Source of the DNA: Macrostomum lignano
Taxonomy: Eukaryota
Assembly (NCBI GenBank): GCA_002269645.1
Contig: NIVC01002307.1
Location: forward strand, 1-64,000
Direction: 5' to 3'
Length of the DNA: 64,000 nucleotides
The first letter of the stretch is position 1. The number at the start of each line of letters is the position of its first letter. The notes beneath the pieces are model-generated. The model did not search any database, was not told the origin of the DNA, and worked only from the letters and a program-made list of their open reading frames with translations. The position numbers and the translations under genes were made by a program. Shown here piece after piece: positions 34,731-49,500 of the stretch.

Positions 34731-36711
34731 CGTAGCGCCAAGCTTCATCAAGATGTCAGTGGGCGCTAAACGGGTTGTCAGGAGTGTGCTAAACTGGATT
34801 TCAGTCGTGTTCTGAATCGTCAGATGCGTCTTTTTGGTTTTTTTAAATAAAATTTTCTGTCCATTTTCGCATTCGATACTACTCTAGCACTCATTTCGAA
34901 GTAGTCGTGCGAGGATTTTAACTTTATTTTTTGTTTTCTCCGTAGCTGAGAAGGATTAAAAGAAGTTCGGCATGCATTCAGTTGCCTACTGAGCTGTATT
35001 TTAGATCTGAATTAAGTAGTCTGTGGATTTGTCGTTAGACCTCCAAAAAAGCAGCAAAACGGTAGCTATAGAAGCAGAGCAGAGAGGAGGCCATAGTGGC
35101 AAGTGATTGATGAAAGAGAGGGCTGGTGCGTGACCCCCTGTCCCTTTTCTTATTTGCTGCTGCCCCCCCTCACTCACTCACTCACTCTCGCTCTGTCTCT
35201 GTCCCATGGCGAGCGGGCGGGTCACGCTACATTTTCATGCGACCGTCACGGTGAATTAATGTCAACCAAAACTGCCGCATGCCGCCGGCCGTGTCAGCCA
35301 TTGGGAGGCCAATGCTCCCCGGTCCCTCAGGCTGCAGCAGCGCACGGCCGAGCTGACAGAGCCAACAGACTCCTCTGATGAAGCTTGCATTGTGAGCTCT
35401 GACTATCACTGAGTCACGAACTTATGTTGGCCTGGCTTCTGCCCGGCTGACACCTCATGGTGAGAATAAGGACGGCCTATCTATTGTTCGCCAAGTTATT
35501 CAGAGACTATCTGCCGGCCGTATGGAGATCTATATTTTAGTTTTGAGTTTAGAGCAGCCCCCCCCCCAGCAGAGCCCAGTGCGCATCAATCACAGCCGCC
35601 ATCCAGCCCGAGTCGAATGGCGATTTCAACACATTTTTTGCGCGGACTGGGCCCACATTAGCTGGGGATTGAGAAATAAAAGAGAGACAGACAGCCAGAT
35701 TGGGGGTTCGGATCTGGGCCTGCGGGAAGGGAAACTATGGCGGTGGCTGATTGACTGGTGCCGCCGGCGCAGCGGCCTCCCAGGCTCACCCTAAGCTCGA
35801 CATCGTCGGTGAATGAGGGTCGATGAGGCTGGGGGCTCGGGAGGCTAGGGGCGCACGGAATGACATTTTTGTGGGGCACTCTCTCCCCAGAGTGAGTTTT
35901 TGCATTGATTGAATCGCTGGGCTAGCTTTTATATAATATTATAATACTGTGTGCGCGGCCGGCCAATTTCGATCACCTGGCCGCCAAGCCTCTAATGGAC
36001 ACTTGACTGGATTATGGCCGCTGCCTGTCCCGCTCCCCCCACAGCTTTTATAAGTTTATATTGGGAGTCTGCTGCTGGCTTTGCTTTTGCTATAAGCCTT
36101 ATATATCTATATATATATATAGATCTGCTCCTGTGAGCAATATTTCACCAATATGCTGAGGGACGGGAATGGCTTCGGGCAGGGATTTCAGATGCCGGCA
36201 CCCTAACCTGGCCCCCCCCCTCCCACCTCGACCTCCGCGGTGGAGAGACCAGCAGTTACCGGCAGTTAGGGGACGAGATTGAGAGCCCGGGCTAAAGCAG
36301 CCGCTCCCCATCAAGTCCGAACGATAAAATATATACATAGTTGCGGCAGCAGAGAGCGGAGTGCCGGGCAACCGTTCATTGTCAAATCCTGCCGCTTCTA
36401 GCACACTTGTTCAGCTCTCAGCGTCATCTTCTGCATTCTTTCCAGCTTAGAGGGGAGGCCCAGGACTTTGCTCAATTCTCCCATCATCCCCTCTTCCCCG
36501 GTCACTCCACGGCTTCAGAGATCGGAGGGGAGGCTGCGACACACCGGATGGGGAAGCCGCCGATCGCAGGAAGTTCCCAAAATCTGCCGCATCCTGCGGT
36601 ATTTCCTGCTTCCGCTTGGGCAACAGCCGCAGCAGGGCGGCTCAGGCTGTCATGGTGCTCATCCTGCTCAAATTAGGAGGGCGGATCATTCGTGCTGAAC
36701 AGTTTTTTTAC

Positions 36712-36763
36712 CTGGGCTGTGTGGATTGTGTGAAAGCATGTCACCGGGGCGCTTCATCATTTC
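36712..36763 (-). CDS. Candidate first coding exon of ETS unit B (MMKRPGDMLSHNPHSP)
   Basis: CAG acceptor, ATG at 36760, phase-1 donor CAG|gtaaaa compatible with exon 32904. No homology support. Confidence 0.35.
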
Positions 36764-36884
36764 CTGCGATCAGTTTGCTTCAAGCTCAAGCCGCAAGAAA
36801 TTGATGCTGATATGGGCTTCCGACCCTGTCGGAATGGCGTTGAGTTGAAACACAATGAGTGTCAGGAATGAGACAGATTCACCT

Positions 36885-37369
<485 letters not shown>

Positions 37370-40300
37370 CATTTAACACACAGGTTACACTACATACCTT
37401 ATTGCTCGAAAATTTACCCAAAAGTGTTGACACCCACCCCCGGGGTCCCAACAATGGGTACTGACAATGAACTGCAGCGGAAGTTTGCATGCTATTCCGT
37501 TGTGTTAAAGTTTTTTTCTATACTAAAGAAATTTCTGCAACTGCGGAAGTTTCATTGTGTGTCAGTTTCAAAAGGAGGAGCTGTGGATGCAGTGGGAAGA
37601 CCAGAAAAAGCTCAGCTTCCGCGAGGATCAGTGGAGAAGGGCTAGGCTCATTGGGATTATGCTACAGTTTTTCATTGAATTCTCGGGGTCGCTTCTTTCA
37701 ACCGGCGCAGCAATAAAATGCGATCAATGCTGTCTGGCTGTCAGCAGCCCAGGTACGCATTCAATGGCTTGTACGTGTGCTGGAAATTAATTTTTTTGCA
37801 CAGACACTCAGAGCTAGACCAGCTCAGTTCTCAGTCAACTGAAGCGGGGGGAAGATGCCCCACCTCCAGTGCTGATGACCCTCGCACCTCTCATCCCCTC
37901 TCAGCCTCTCCCGCCACCTCTTGAGTCCCATTAGGGTTTGAAGGAGGCCACTTCTGAAAGTCACTCGGAGGTGTGGGTCGAGCAGGCTCCAACTAACCGG
38001 TATAGGAATACTTTTGAGCAGCAGATAAAAGGTTGGCCGGGTTTGATGGTGAACGGGACAGTCGGACATTGCCTACTCTGTATATACTGCTCACAGACTG
38101 GGGCAGCGGTTTTAGAGAAGTTTTTCAATTGCCGAGTTCTCGGAGAGTAGTGGACCGCCGGACCCACTCCAGCTCGGCGGGCACGTGTCAGTGTGACGCC
38201 TCCCCCTGCGACTGTTTCTAAAATCCACCAATTCACCCCTCTCCCGGAATCCAGCATCCTTATACTGCGTCATCATTTTGAGTCTCGTTGAGGAGAACTA
38301 TTCTCCGTTTACCCCCTGAGGCGATTTCCCCTAATTCTTGCCTCATCATCGATAATATCCTTCATCTCGGGCGTCGGGCATGCGGAAAATTCTATTAAAC
38401 TTGGACAACTCCAAGCTCGCGCCCCTATTATCCATCTGTGATCAAGGCGTACAGGTGTCTGAGCTCAACCATTCTGCCTTGGAGATCTCAATCCTGACAG
38501 TAACTCTCTTAAGCTTTAGCGGGCCATCTGCAATTTGAGGAGCTGGGGTGGTTGGGGCGGGGTGGGTAATTCCTCCCCCCACTGCCAATTTGCTGAATTC
38601 TTTGCAAAAGAAATTTTCTCTTTCACGGATTCAGAAGCAGCTCTTGTCAAGCAAAAGAATTTGTCCGCGCAATTAGCTGCCTCGGGAGCGCCGTCTCCAG
38701 GCCTAATTACAGCGATAAGTCACCTGGGCGGAGGGGAGGGGATTCCGAGGCTAATCAGCTTTTGAAAATTGCGCCAAAGCTCAAGGATGAAGGGTAATAA
38801 ACATCCTCTTCAGGGGAAATGAGGCACCGTTTCGACTGGGCGAGTCTCTTTGTCCTCCCATCGGCTTTGATTTGCAGATTGGGACGGGGGGAAGTCCGCC
38901 AGGCGGCGGCTCCTTGAAGCCGAAGCTCTCGGTCGAGTAGCCGCGCAGCTCTCCGAGTTGTCCGCAGAAAAACAGGATGAGAAATATTTCCTGAAAACTC
39001 TCCCCTCTCTCTCTCTGTGAGTTAATTAGATCTTCCTGGTGAGCTGTTCAAAGGGAACTTCCTGACCGGTATTTTTCCAGCAGACAAAGGTGGCGAGACA
39101 GGCTGCTGTTCTTAAAAATTCAGTAGAGAGAAGAAATGTTGCCCTGAGAATCAATCAAGCAGTTGCTGACGTCCAGGTTACTGCGGAGACAATTGTGCGT
39201 TCTTTTTGAATAAATTAAAACTTCAGTTTGCGAGCCTCTTAATCCCAGGCTGGTGTCTGGCAGTCACGCGGCGGGCACTTTAGCTCAGCTGACTGAGTGA
39301 GACGCTGAGCTTTGCAGGCTGCCCCATCTGTTGCTGTTACCTGAATTCAGCCTTATAGCTGGGACGATAAACCCAATGAAAACTTGACCGGCCCCTCCTT
39401 ATCTCTCCAGAATTTCTATGCCAACTAGTGGAGGGGATTAAAACAAACACTCGACAGTCTGGCGGCCTCGGCTCGATCTGCGAGTCGTATATGGCTCTCT
39501 CAGTTTCTTTCTTAACCTTTTGCTCGATCGCTCGTTCGGCGGTCAGGCTGGCTGGCAACTGTTTTTAATAATAAAAACTGACTAGAAACCCCCCCCCCCC
39601 CCCAGTCCTGTAGCCGGCTTCCGCCCGCTTCTCAAATGTCGTCCATTGTCCATTATTGCCTCTCGCCCCATCATTTATCTGTCCAGTTGCTGTTCCCCCC
39701 ATTCCATTCCTCCGAGCCCTACTTGACCCCGAATAGCGTGTCCGGTTGCCGTGGCGATTTGCATAAATTATGCATATTCGTCGCTTTGACGTCGCGAAGG
39801 CGAGCGACGAAGAAGGGGAAATATTTTCGCTTCAACCGCCAGTCCTTGGCCTCTCATTTCCTCTGTTTCTTTCTCTCTCGCTACCCGCCACCCTCTCCGT
39901 CTCTGCCTTCTCTAATGCGCCCGCCGCCGGCAACTCGCTCGCTGATGGACAGGACCTGGTCTACAGGATTCCATGATCCCCATGCCTCGCAGACAATGGC
40001 CGAGCGAACCTACAAACAGGAAGTCGTCCAACTCTCTCCCTCCCATTGTCTGCGGCTGTGAGGCCTTGCCTGCCTGTTGTGTCATTGTTATTGTTTGAAA
40101 AAAAACCTGGGTATGGTTGGGAAGGGGGGTGTTTTGTGAGGAGTTTTCTCCCCACCATCCCGCCAACCCCAGGCTGAGGGATGAAGAAAAACTGTCAGCA
40201 TCGGAAGCGCTTCGGCAACCCCTTCTTCATCCTGCGGTGGCTCAGAGTCTGCTTTTTGTCTTCTAAGCTGGAATGCTGAGCTGGGTGAGTTTTTCTCCAG

Positions 40301-40719
40301 CTACTGACGCCGAGGGTCAACTAGCAGCCTCTTCTACCCGTTAAAACCATTCGGAGTCCTTCTTAGCCTACTCAAGCCTCGGAGCCGAGTCCACTTCATC
40401 GCCACTTGAAACAACTCAAGAGGCTGGGATGCCACGAGGCCGGTCTAAGGAAGGAAGGAAATGGGGGATGCAGTGAAAAAACTGCAGACCGATCTGTTGC
40501 TTCTGCAGACTCTGTGGCCATTGTGCGAGTCGGCTGGGTCTTGTGCCGATCAAGATGGCGGGCTGCCTGTCTGTTTTGTTGGCTGCAATTTTTTTCGATG
40601 AAACACATGCAAGTTTTTTTAATAGTGCGAGTATCATAAGTTTCGTGCTTAGGAATATGGAAATATCAATTAATTGGTGGGAGAATATTGTGTACAGAAA
40701 ATGAAGGATTCTGAGAGAT

Positions 40720-41705
40720 AGGGAGAGACGCAGAGATGCGGAGAGACGGGGAGAGACGGGGAGAGACGGGGAGAGGCGGGGAGAGATGGGGAGAGACGGG
40801 GAGAGACGGGGAGCCGGTGAGAGACGGGGGAGATGCGGAGAGACAGTGAGAGATGGGGAGAAACGGAGAGACGGGGAGAGACTGGGAGAGACTGAAAGAG
40901 ACGGGGAGAGACGGGGAGAGACGGGGAGAGACGGATAGAGACGGAGAGAGACGGATAGAGACGGATAGAGACGGATAGAGACGGATAGAGACGGGGAGAG
41001 ACGGATAGAGACGGGCAGAGATGGGGAGGGACGAGAAGAGACGGATAGAGACGGATAGAGACGGATAGAGACGGGGAGAGACGGATAGAGACGGGGAGAG
41101 ACGGATAGAGACGGGGAGAGACGGATAGAGACGGGGAGAGACGGATAGAGACGGAGAGAGACGGATAGAGACGGATAGAGACGGATAGAGACGGATAGAG
41201 ACGGGGAGAGACGGATAGAGACGGTGAGAGACGGGGAGAGATGGATAGAGACGGGCAGAGATGGGGAGGGACGAGAAGAGACGGATAGAGACGGATAGAG
41301 ATGGGGAGAGACGGGGAGAGACGGATAGAGACGGGGAGAGACGGATAGAGACGGGGAGAGACGGATAGAGACGGAGAGAGACGGATAGAGACGGATAGAG
41401 ACGGGCAGAGATGGGGAGGGACAAGAAGAGACGGATAGAGACGGATAGAGATGGGGAGAGACGGGGAGAGACGGATAGAGACGGGGAGAGACGGGGAGAG
41501 ACGGGGAGAGATGGGGAGGGACGAGAAGAGACGGATAGAGACGGATAGAGATGGGGAGAGACGGGGAGAGACGGATAGAGACGGGGAGAGACGGGGAGAG
41601 ACGGATAGAGACGGGGAGAGACGGGGAGAGACGGGGAGAGACGGAGAGAGACGGGGACAGACGGGGAGAGACGGGGAGAGACGTGGAGAGACGGGGAGAG
41701 ACGGG
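40720..41705. repeat. Purine-rich 10-bp satellite (gacggggaga/gacggataga) with higher-order blocks
   Basis: 10-bp period; the marker gacgggcagagatggggagggacgagaaga recurs. Confidence 0.93.
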
Positions 41706-42464
41706 GAGAATGCAGTAGGATAGAGATGAGACACGCTCCGAACAGCCGTGCAACAAAGACTCAAACAGGCATGAAACGGAGACCGAGCTTCAGAGCCCAA
41801 AGCCAGTGACGCAGCCGCCGCAGCCGCCGCCACTTCTGCCGCCATCAATTTCTCGCTTAGCCCCGCTTGCCGGCTTTCGCAGCCATTGTTTCCAGCCACA
41901 CTCGAAGGCTGGATTTGAAATTGTTCGCCGAGACGCTCTCTGAAGCGCAAGGGATTCGACACGCGTGTCGTATCCGGCCGAGACCGATTAAAGAGGGGGG
42001 GGGGCTTGGCTGTTTCGGGGATATTTTGCCTCTTCATGTTTTAAAAACGTTGCGATCCTCACTGACTGACTGACTGATCCCATTGAATGGAGCGTATACA
42101 GCCTGGGAGCTCTTGGGATTCAAGCGAACTGAGGATAATTCGATGGGATTGGAGTGTTGTTTAGAGTAATTAGCCTGCTAGCCTGGGTGCGAGGCCTCGA
42201 TCCCCCCTGAGCCCAGTTCTCGCCAGCCAAGCCCATGGCACAGCTTCGCGACACGGCAGAGTGGCATTGCCAGACACTTGGCTGGCAACAGGTGCAGCCT
42301 CTGATGGAGATTGGGGTGAGTCTGCGCGTCTGTCTGAGCAACAGCGAGTCTCTTGTTGTTTCAATGGAGCGAGGGAGTCAAGCAGCTCAAGAACTGATGC
42401 AGAGGGGAGACAGCAGAAGTCACCTGCTTTCTCTTGACGCCACCGCGCACGGAGATCTTGAACC

Positions 42465-42862
42465 AGAATATGGAGTGACAAGTAGACTCTGAGTATATGG
42501 AATGACAAGTAGACTGAGAATATATGGAGTGACAAGCAGACTCAGAATATATGGAGTGACAAGCAGACTCAGAATATATGGAGTGACAAGCAGACTCAGA
42601 ATATATGGAGTGACAAGCAGACTCGGAATATGGAGTGACGAGTAGATTCGGAATATATGGAGTGACGAGTAGACTGAGAATATATGGAGTGACAAGTAGA
42701 CTGAGAATATATGGAGTGACAAGCAGACTCAGAATATATGGAGTGACAAGCAGACTCGGAATATGGAGTGACGAGTAGATTCGGAATATATGGAGTGACG
42801 AGTAGACTGAGAATATATGGAGTGACGAGTAGACTCGGAATATATGGAGTGACAAGCAGACT
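42465..42862. repeat. 27-bp minisatellite (gaatatatggagtgacaagcagactca)
   Basis: About 15 units. Confidence 0.92.
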
Positions 42863-43551
42863 TAGTAAACTAACAAGTCTGAATAAAAATTGAAGCGAAT
42901 TTTGCCAAAAAACGAAAAGCATTGACAAATTGGCCAGTGTGTGGCGTTGCATTAGTTATTGATTTATATTGCCAATCACAAATACCGTACTGATGCTCGC
43001 GCACATTTAATTACAGCTATATATTCATTGATCAGGCAGGTAGGTTACTCCTACCAGCCCATCTGTATTTACACGAGAGTCGCAATGGGAGACACTGGGC
43101 GAGGGTTCATTGGTTTCCACGAGACGGTCACAACAGGTCCGCAAGCTCAGTGGTGGGCAAAGCAAGCAGAAATTGAACTCCTATTGAAAAAAAACAATTA
43201 AATATGATAATTCCACGATGGTCAGTGAGGGGTCACAAAACTAAAGCACAGACACTGGACCTTCTTGTGATTGTCGAATTTCAGAACTCCCGACCCGACT
43301 CATTCTGTATATCAGTAAGCACTGTTGGGGACAAGAAGTGTCAGCTACTGATCCAGACAGGAGCTCAAGAGACCAGGACAAGACAGATGGAAAAGGACAA
43401 AAAGCATTCACTTGACTACAGGTAAGCAAAGTACTGCACACAATTTAGTAAATAAGATAAGGTAAGCAGCGAATTTTCAAGGTTGAAAACGATTAATTTG
43501 TCTCTCTCTGTCTGTCTGTGTGTCAATCCAATTGTGGGGCCAGCCGCTGCC

Positions 43552-46500
43552 TCAGTTGTAATAGTGCGCGCTGGGCAGGTGTGAGCTGGCTGTATGGCTC
43601 GGCATGTTTGAGTACAGGGAGCCGGCGGCTGGCGGCGGAGGCGGCGGCGGAATGTTGGGATAGATTGAGCCGCCGCTAGGCTGCGGACTCCAATAGTGAT
43701 GATGCGGAGCGGAGGCTGGAAACAGTCCGTTGCCAGGCGGCGGTCCGGCCATAGCAACGGCGCTGTGCATCTGGGCGTTCATCAGGTTGAACTTTGAGTT
43801 GGCGGCCGTGAAGTAGCCGGAGCTGAGCAGGTCCTGCTGGTACTGGTACTTGTAAGCGGCCGGGTCAGCTGTTGCCGGCTGCATGGCCTGAGCCAGGCCG
43901 GCAAAGTCGAACTTGTAGGCGTAGCGCTTGCCGTGCACCTTGGACATGATGTTCTTGTCGTAATAGTAGCGCAGCGCCCTGCTCAGCTTGTCGTAGTTCA
44001 TGTTGGGCTTGGACTTGCGCTCGCCCCAGCGTCTGGCCACCTCGTCCGGGTCGGACAGCTTGAACTCGCCGTTGGTGCCCTCCCAGATGATGCAGCTGGA
44101 GTTGCGGCTGTCCGACAGCAGCTCCAGCAGGAACTGCCACAGCTGGATCTGACCGGATCCTGGCGGAGGTTCAGTGAAGACAATAAATTTTTATGATGCT
44201 TAATTAATCCAATTGAAATCATTAGTGAACAATGCCGGACCCGCATGCCAATTCTGATGCAGCTGATCTTTCAAACTGATTCGGCCAATTAGACCAGCTT
44301 CACTGTTGGTCCCTCCTTGTGACGGCAAAGCGGAGCCCGAGGAAATGAGGGCTGGGGGCAGCAGCCCGAGAGAAAACAATGGGGCCTCGCGGAAGATCAA
44401 CAGAAAAAAGAAGCGGAACTCTCCAAAGCCAACAATGCGAGGAGGCTGAAGTGAGCAACAGGATGAAGCGGGGGAATTGCCAGAAAACTTCATGGAAAGA
44501 AGCGGAAGCCGTCTGGAAGCAGAGGCTGGGCGCAACGCGTTGAGGAAGCAAATTTTGAATCCTCCGCCTTGAGTTTCTGGCGCCCCCACCACCCCTGGGA
44601 TCAAGTGAGCAGCAGACAGCGAGAGGCTCAGGATGGGAAAGAGATTGAGGGTTGCAGGAGAGGCGAAAAGAAGCGAGAGGGAAATCGGGATTTACTCTGG
44701 CTAACAAACTCCCAACGATCTTGCGCGCTGGGTCAACACTCGGCCTACCAGAGTCCTCTGCTGCCCCCCCCTGTTTGCCCAGTTTGCCGATTCGGGGCCT
44801 GAAAGACTGCAGGACTCAGCAAGAGATAGAAGAGATGAACTGGGTGGGGGGACAGAAAATCAGGGTAGTCGCGCTTTTGGTCCGCACGCTGCTGCTGCTG
44901 CTGCTGCTGGAGTCTCTCTTCTAGAGGACACTATGCAGTCCCGCTGGCCTGTCTATATATCACTGGCGCTGGTACCAGCTAATCCTGTACAGGTCAGTGA
45001 GTGGATTATGGCAAGTGCTCCTGAGAGTAAAACTCTTCTGATTTTGTCTCCCTCTCCTCCCGCGATGGGACAGTAAAACCTGAATCAAGCCATGAGCCAT
45101 CGCGGCCATGAAAATGAAATTATTGTCCAAATCTGTCCGTCCAAAGGCACTAATTACAAGGTGGAAGATGATGCTTGGAACGCGAGGGGGCCATCGAATG
45201 TCTTGTTTATGACCGACCGATTGCCCAGCCGAGCACAACTGCGGACTCCTCGCTTTCCGCTTTCGCAATATTGCTGAGCATGCTGCTCCTGCTGGCTTTC
45301 ATAATATATTGCATAGGCCCTATTGAAATTACCCTGTGATATTTACGAGGCTGACAGATCTGAAATCGTGGCAGGGGGACTCCGACAGCAAGTCGAATTA
45401 GCTGCAGAGGATAGCCGAGCTGGAGAAGAAAGGGAAAGTAAGGCGTAGAGGTCACGAACTCGAGCCTCACGCACCAGCCTCACACCAACCCCCCCCCTCC
45501 CCTGTTGCGCGCGCGCGGGCGCCCTCCAGGTGGCGCGGTAGGCGGCTTGAAGGCACGAGGCTCAGGGCCTTGGCGCGGGTTTCGGCACGCCCACCAGCAA
45601 AAATGAAGCGACGAGGAGGCTCCTCCCTAGTCAGTCTCCCACTTAAGTCCGGGTCATCCGCTCCGCCTTGTCCCGTTTCTTGTGCGCCCTTCTCGTAAGG
45701 GTGACGCCAACTAAAACTCTCACAATCGAGCTGTTTGACACTCTGAAACCCTGTCCTGAGTTCTTGTTGTTGCTGTAGGAGTCAGTGAGTCCTCTTTGTT
45801 TAAACCCCTCAGCCATTGCTGGCTTCCATAACCCGAAACGGGGCACCATGCGGCACAGATCGGCTCCATCGTGCCGCTGAGCTCAGCAAGAGCCTGGATT
45901 TCGCCCCGCGATCACGCAACAGCGAGGTCGATAAGTGCTTGGGGTCTTCCCTGCCAGTGTGTTTTTGTGTTCGCCTTCTTGAGGCTTTGTTTTAAAGAAA
46001 CAAACACAAGCTGATGGTGAAACATCTGAATTATCTATACAGATATAGATAGGGGATGTCAATTAGGGGATCGGGCAATAGGCCTTGGTTACTCCAGCAG
46101 CCACTTTGTCTTCCCTAACCCCACCGATGCCTTGGAAACACTTGTCACCCGCTGTTAATGCTCGCCCAGCGGGAGGGGCCATTAAATTTCTGTATAGCCA
46201 TGAAAAAAAAAGAAATAAAAAGATATATCCGGGCGGGGATGGAGAAATGCCATCATTTTGAGCTTTCTCGCCGTCACAGCACACAAAAAGGACCAAACGG
46301 AGCCGATGTTATTTATTCGGCTCATTTAAAATCTCCAAGAATAAAGAAACGGAGACTAAAGATATGAATAAGGCAGCACAATTGAATTTCTAGACCAACT
46401 GAAAGTTGAATGATGATGGCTCGGCAGGCATTGCTGTGTAGTAAGTAAATGGCCAGAGCAATAAGTCAAATGAGATTTTTTCTAACCCCGTGCCAGGCGT

Positions 46501-49500
46501 TTGTTAATGAATTTTTCATGTTTTTGTCGCAAGATTCTCGGCCTCGATTAGAAGGGGGAGGGGGTTGTCAGAGGCCGATCGGGAGGGAAAGAGTTCGGGA
46601 CCGTCCCTGAGTCAGTCACTGAGTTGCTTTTTCATGGCCAGGCTCAAGCCGAGCTGTCAGCCGAGGTCTCTGCTTGCAGATATATGAGAATTGTTTAATG
46701 ACAGAATCTTCTTTTAGCCACGGCTATAATACGGATCTCAAGGCAAAGAAACACTGGGCAGGAAAAGCAGCAATTTATCTTGATCGGCTCGTCTGCTCGT
46801 CATTAAGTCTCCCCCCTCCTCCCTCTTCTCCGATCCCCGCTACCGATGTTTGGGAGAAAAACAAAGTTGACCACAGCAGGACGTCCAACTCAGGGCGGCC
46901 CTGAGCTGCTCTGATTAAGTGAATTGCGTGTCAGCAGAGGACCTGAAATTCTCTGCCGTTCTATACTAACGTATGTCTCGATTGATGCGCCTGTCTGTCT
47001 GCCTGCCCCGGGATCAGAGGTAATCTAGGTTTATAGAATGGGGATGGGGCAGATCGGGATGATTGAAAAAATCTGCCACAATTTCAGCTCTTCACTCAGA
47101 AAAAAGATTGCCCCTCATTGAGGAACCTGGCTGGGACCCCCCGCGGAGGATTATGAAGAGCCTCATCCAGCAAGAGTTTCACCTGCAGTCTCGGGACTCA
47201 AGGCTGAATCGCTCTTCATCGAGTGGGAGTGGAGAAGTGGCTGCTTTTGAGGCTCCCCGCCGGCCTGTGAGGGCAAACTTGCTGCGCACAAATCTGGGCG
47301 GGCCTGGCGGGTCCTTCAACATATGCCAGCATTCGCCCAGTCTGCTCCGAATATCAACTCTGCACCTTGTCGTGTTTTGCTTTCATGCTCAGAGATGACT
47401 GTGTCTCCAAGTCTTCCAGATCCTGAATCTCTCCAGATCCACAATCTCCCTAGATCCCGAATCTCCCGAGATCCAAAATCTCGCTATATCCCGAATCTCC
47501 CAGATCCCAAATCTCCCCAGATCCTGAATCTCTCCAGATCCACAATCTCCCTAGATCACAAATCTCCCCAGATCCAAAATCTCCCCAGATCCTGAATCTC
47601 CCTAGATCCCGAATCTCCCAGATCCCAAATCTCCCCAGATCCCAAACCTCACAGATCCCAAATCTTCCCAGATCCCAAATCTCTCCAGATCCAAAATCTC
47701 CCCAGATCCTGAATCTCCCCAGGTCCTGAATCTCTCTAGATCCCGAATCTCCCCAGATCCCGAATCTCCCAGATACCAAATCTCTCCAGATCCCAAAATC
47801 TCTCCAGATCCAAAATCTCCCCAGATCCTGAATCTCCCCAGGTCCTGAATCTCTCTAGATCCCGAATCTCCCCAGATCCCGAATCTCCCAGATCCCAAAT
47901 CTCTCCAGATCCCAAAATCTCTCCAGATCCCAAATCTCCCCAGATCCAAAATCTCCCTAGATCCCAAAATCTTATCAGAGCCCAAATCTCCCAGATCCTG
48001 AATCTCCCTAGATCCTGAATCTCTCTAGATCCCGAATCTCCCCAGATCCCAAACCTCACAGATCCCAAATCTTTCCAGATCCCGAATTTCCCCAGATTCC
48101 AAATCTCCCCAGATCCCGAATCTAACCAGATCCCAAAATCTCCCCAAATCCCATGCGAATTCCGTATAAGCATTCAGCAGCGAGTTGTAAATCTCACCTT
48201 GCGGTCTCCAGTGGGCCGGCTGGTTGCCGGCTCCTCCGCCGCCGCCGCCGCCGCCGCCACCGCCGCTACCGCCACCTCCGCCGCAGCCGCCGCTGATGCT
48301 GCCGCCGCCCTGCTCCTTCTGCTGAGTCGAGTAGGGAGTCAGCGATGAGGCCAGCGGGCTGCTGCCGTAGCCTGCAAGAGAAAGTCGAGCAGAGGTAGCC
48401 AGTTGCAGAGAACAGGAAATGGGAGCGCTGGGGCTATTTTGGAAATTTTCGAGCTAAAAGACGTGACTTTTTTGCTAGCCATTTTCACGCCTATAGAAAA
48501 CTTCTGTATTCAAATTTTGCAACTTTTTCCAACAGCTTCAGTTGCTATGAGGGCTCGAGAATGAAGTTTTTCCGCTTCAATAGCTGCTGATTTGGTTGTA
48601 TCTATGTACAATTGTATAATAGATGAGGCCAATTTAGCTCTTACCTGGAGTCGGGGTGCTCTGTCGGCCCCAGCCGGTTTTTGAGTAGGCGTTGTCTGGA
48701 ACAGTGCGGCATATTTAATAAAATTCGCATGAATCAAAGGGCTCCGTACTGAAAAAAAACTATTATATTTTCAGACCTATCGCTCTAATGCAGTCAATGT
48801 TAGCCTGCCCGAAATCTTGGCCACTGCAGTCAGCTCAGCGATAATTGCGCGCCTCCCAGATCCCTGCCACGCACAACCCCCATACCTGTCTTTTTTCTCC
48901 CAATATGCCTTTCTGACTCTCAACTCTCCCCCCCACCTACAGTCACTTCTCAAATCCCCTTCATCATCATCAGCACAGAAATTTTGAATGCGGGACGGCC
49001 AGCCAGGGAGAGAGATCGGGGCAGAGATGCGGGACCCGCCCGCTGCAGGCACTTGGCTGAGATTTCAGATTTCAGGACACACACAGCACACACACACAAG
49101 ATATTGAAGTTGAATAGGAAAGCTTTTTTTGCGAACCATTCTGCTGGCTGGCCAGTATTCAATAGAGGGAACAAGTTTGAGTTCTGTGCTCAGCTTTAGA
49201 AACTTTCATGCGGTTTTCCGCGTGCCGCGTTGAGTTGCCGCCACTCCCCCCAACCTCCGTCCCAGAATCTCTCCTCCATCTGCAGCCTCCTGGCCTCGCT
49301 TCATCCCACGCGCAGCTTCGCATTGTTGTGCCGACCGGTGTGGGGGGCCCCAGGCTTTGTATCGCACCTTCAACCAGGCCGCTCGGGCCAGTCCCGCCCC
49401 GGGGCAAAATGAGACCCGCTGCTGCTGCCGGAATGCTGAGGAACTGCTGTTTGGTCGAACGGAACGGTGCGGGCTGCTCCGCCACGACAGGAGTGGGAGA

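Noticed and set aside
39940-40061. + strand MAERTYKQEV segment resembling ETS N-termini, and scattered + strand donors (40285, 43037, 43421)
   Set aside because: Wrong strand for the ETS genes; no coherent antisense model could be built.
40416-42037. 446-455 aa SPSLPV-repeat ORFs
   Set aside because: 10-bp satellite; the AAAA segment at about 41800 has no supporting homology or clear splice context.
46705-46736. AG-preceded DPY codons as the missing FLI1 exon; also a DPYEK frame at about 45700
   Set aside because: The first reads DPYYSRG* with an immediate stop; the second lacks an acceptor AG.
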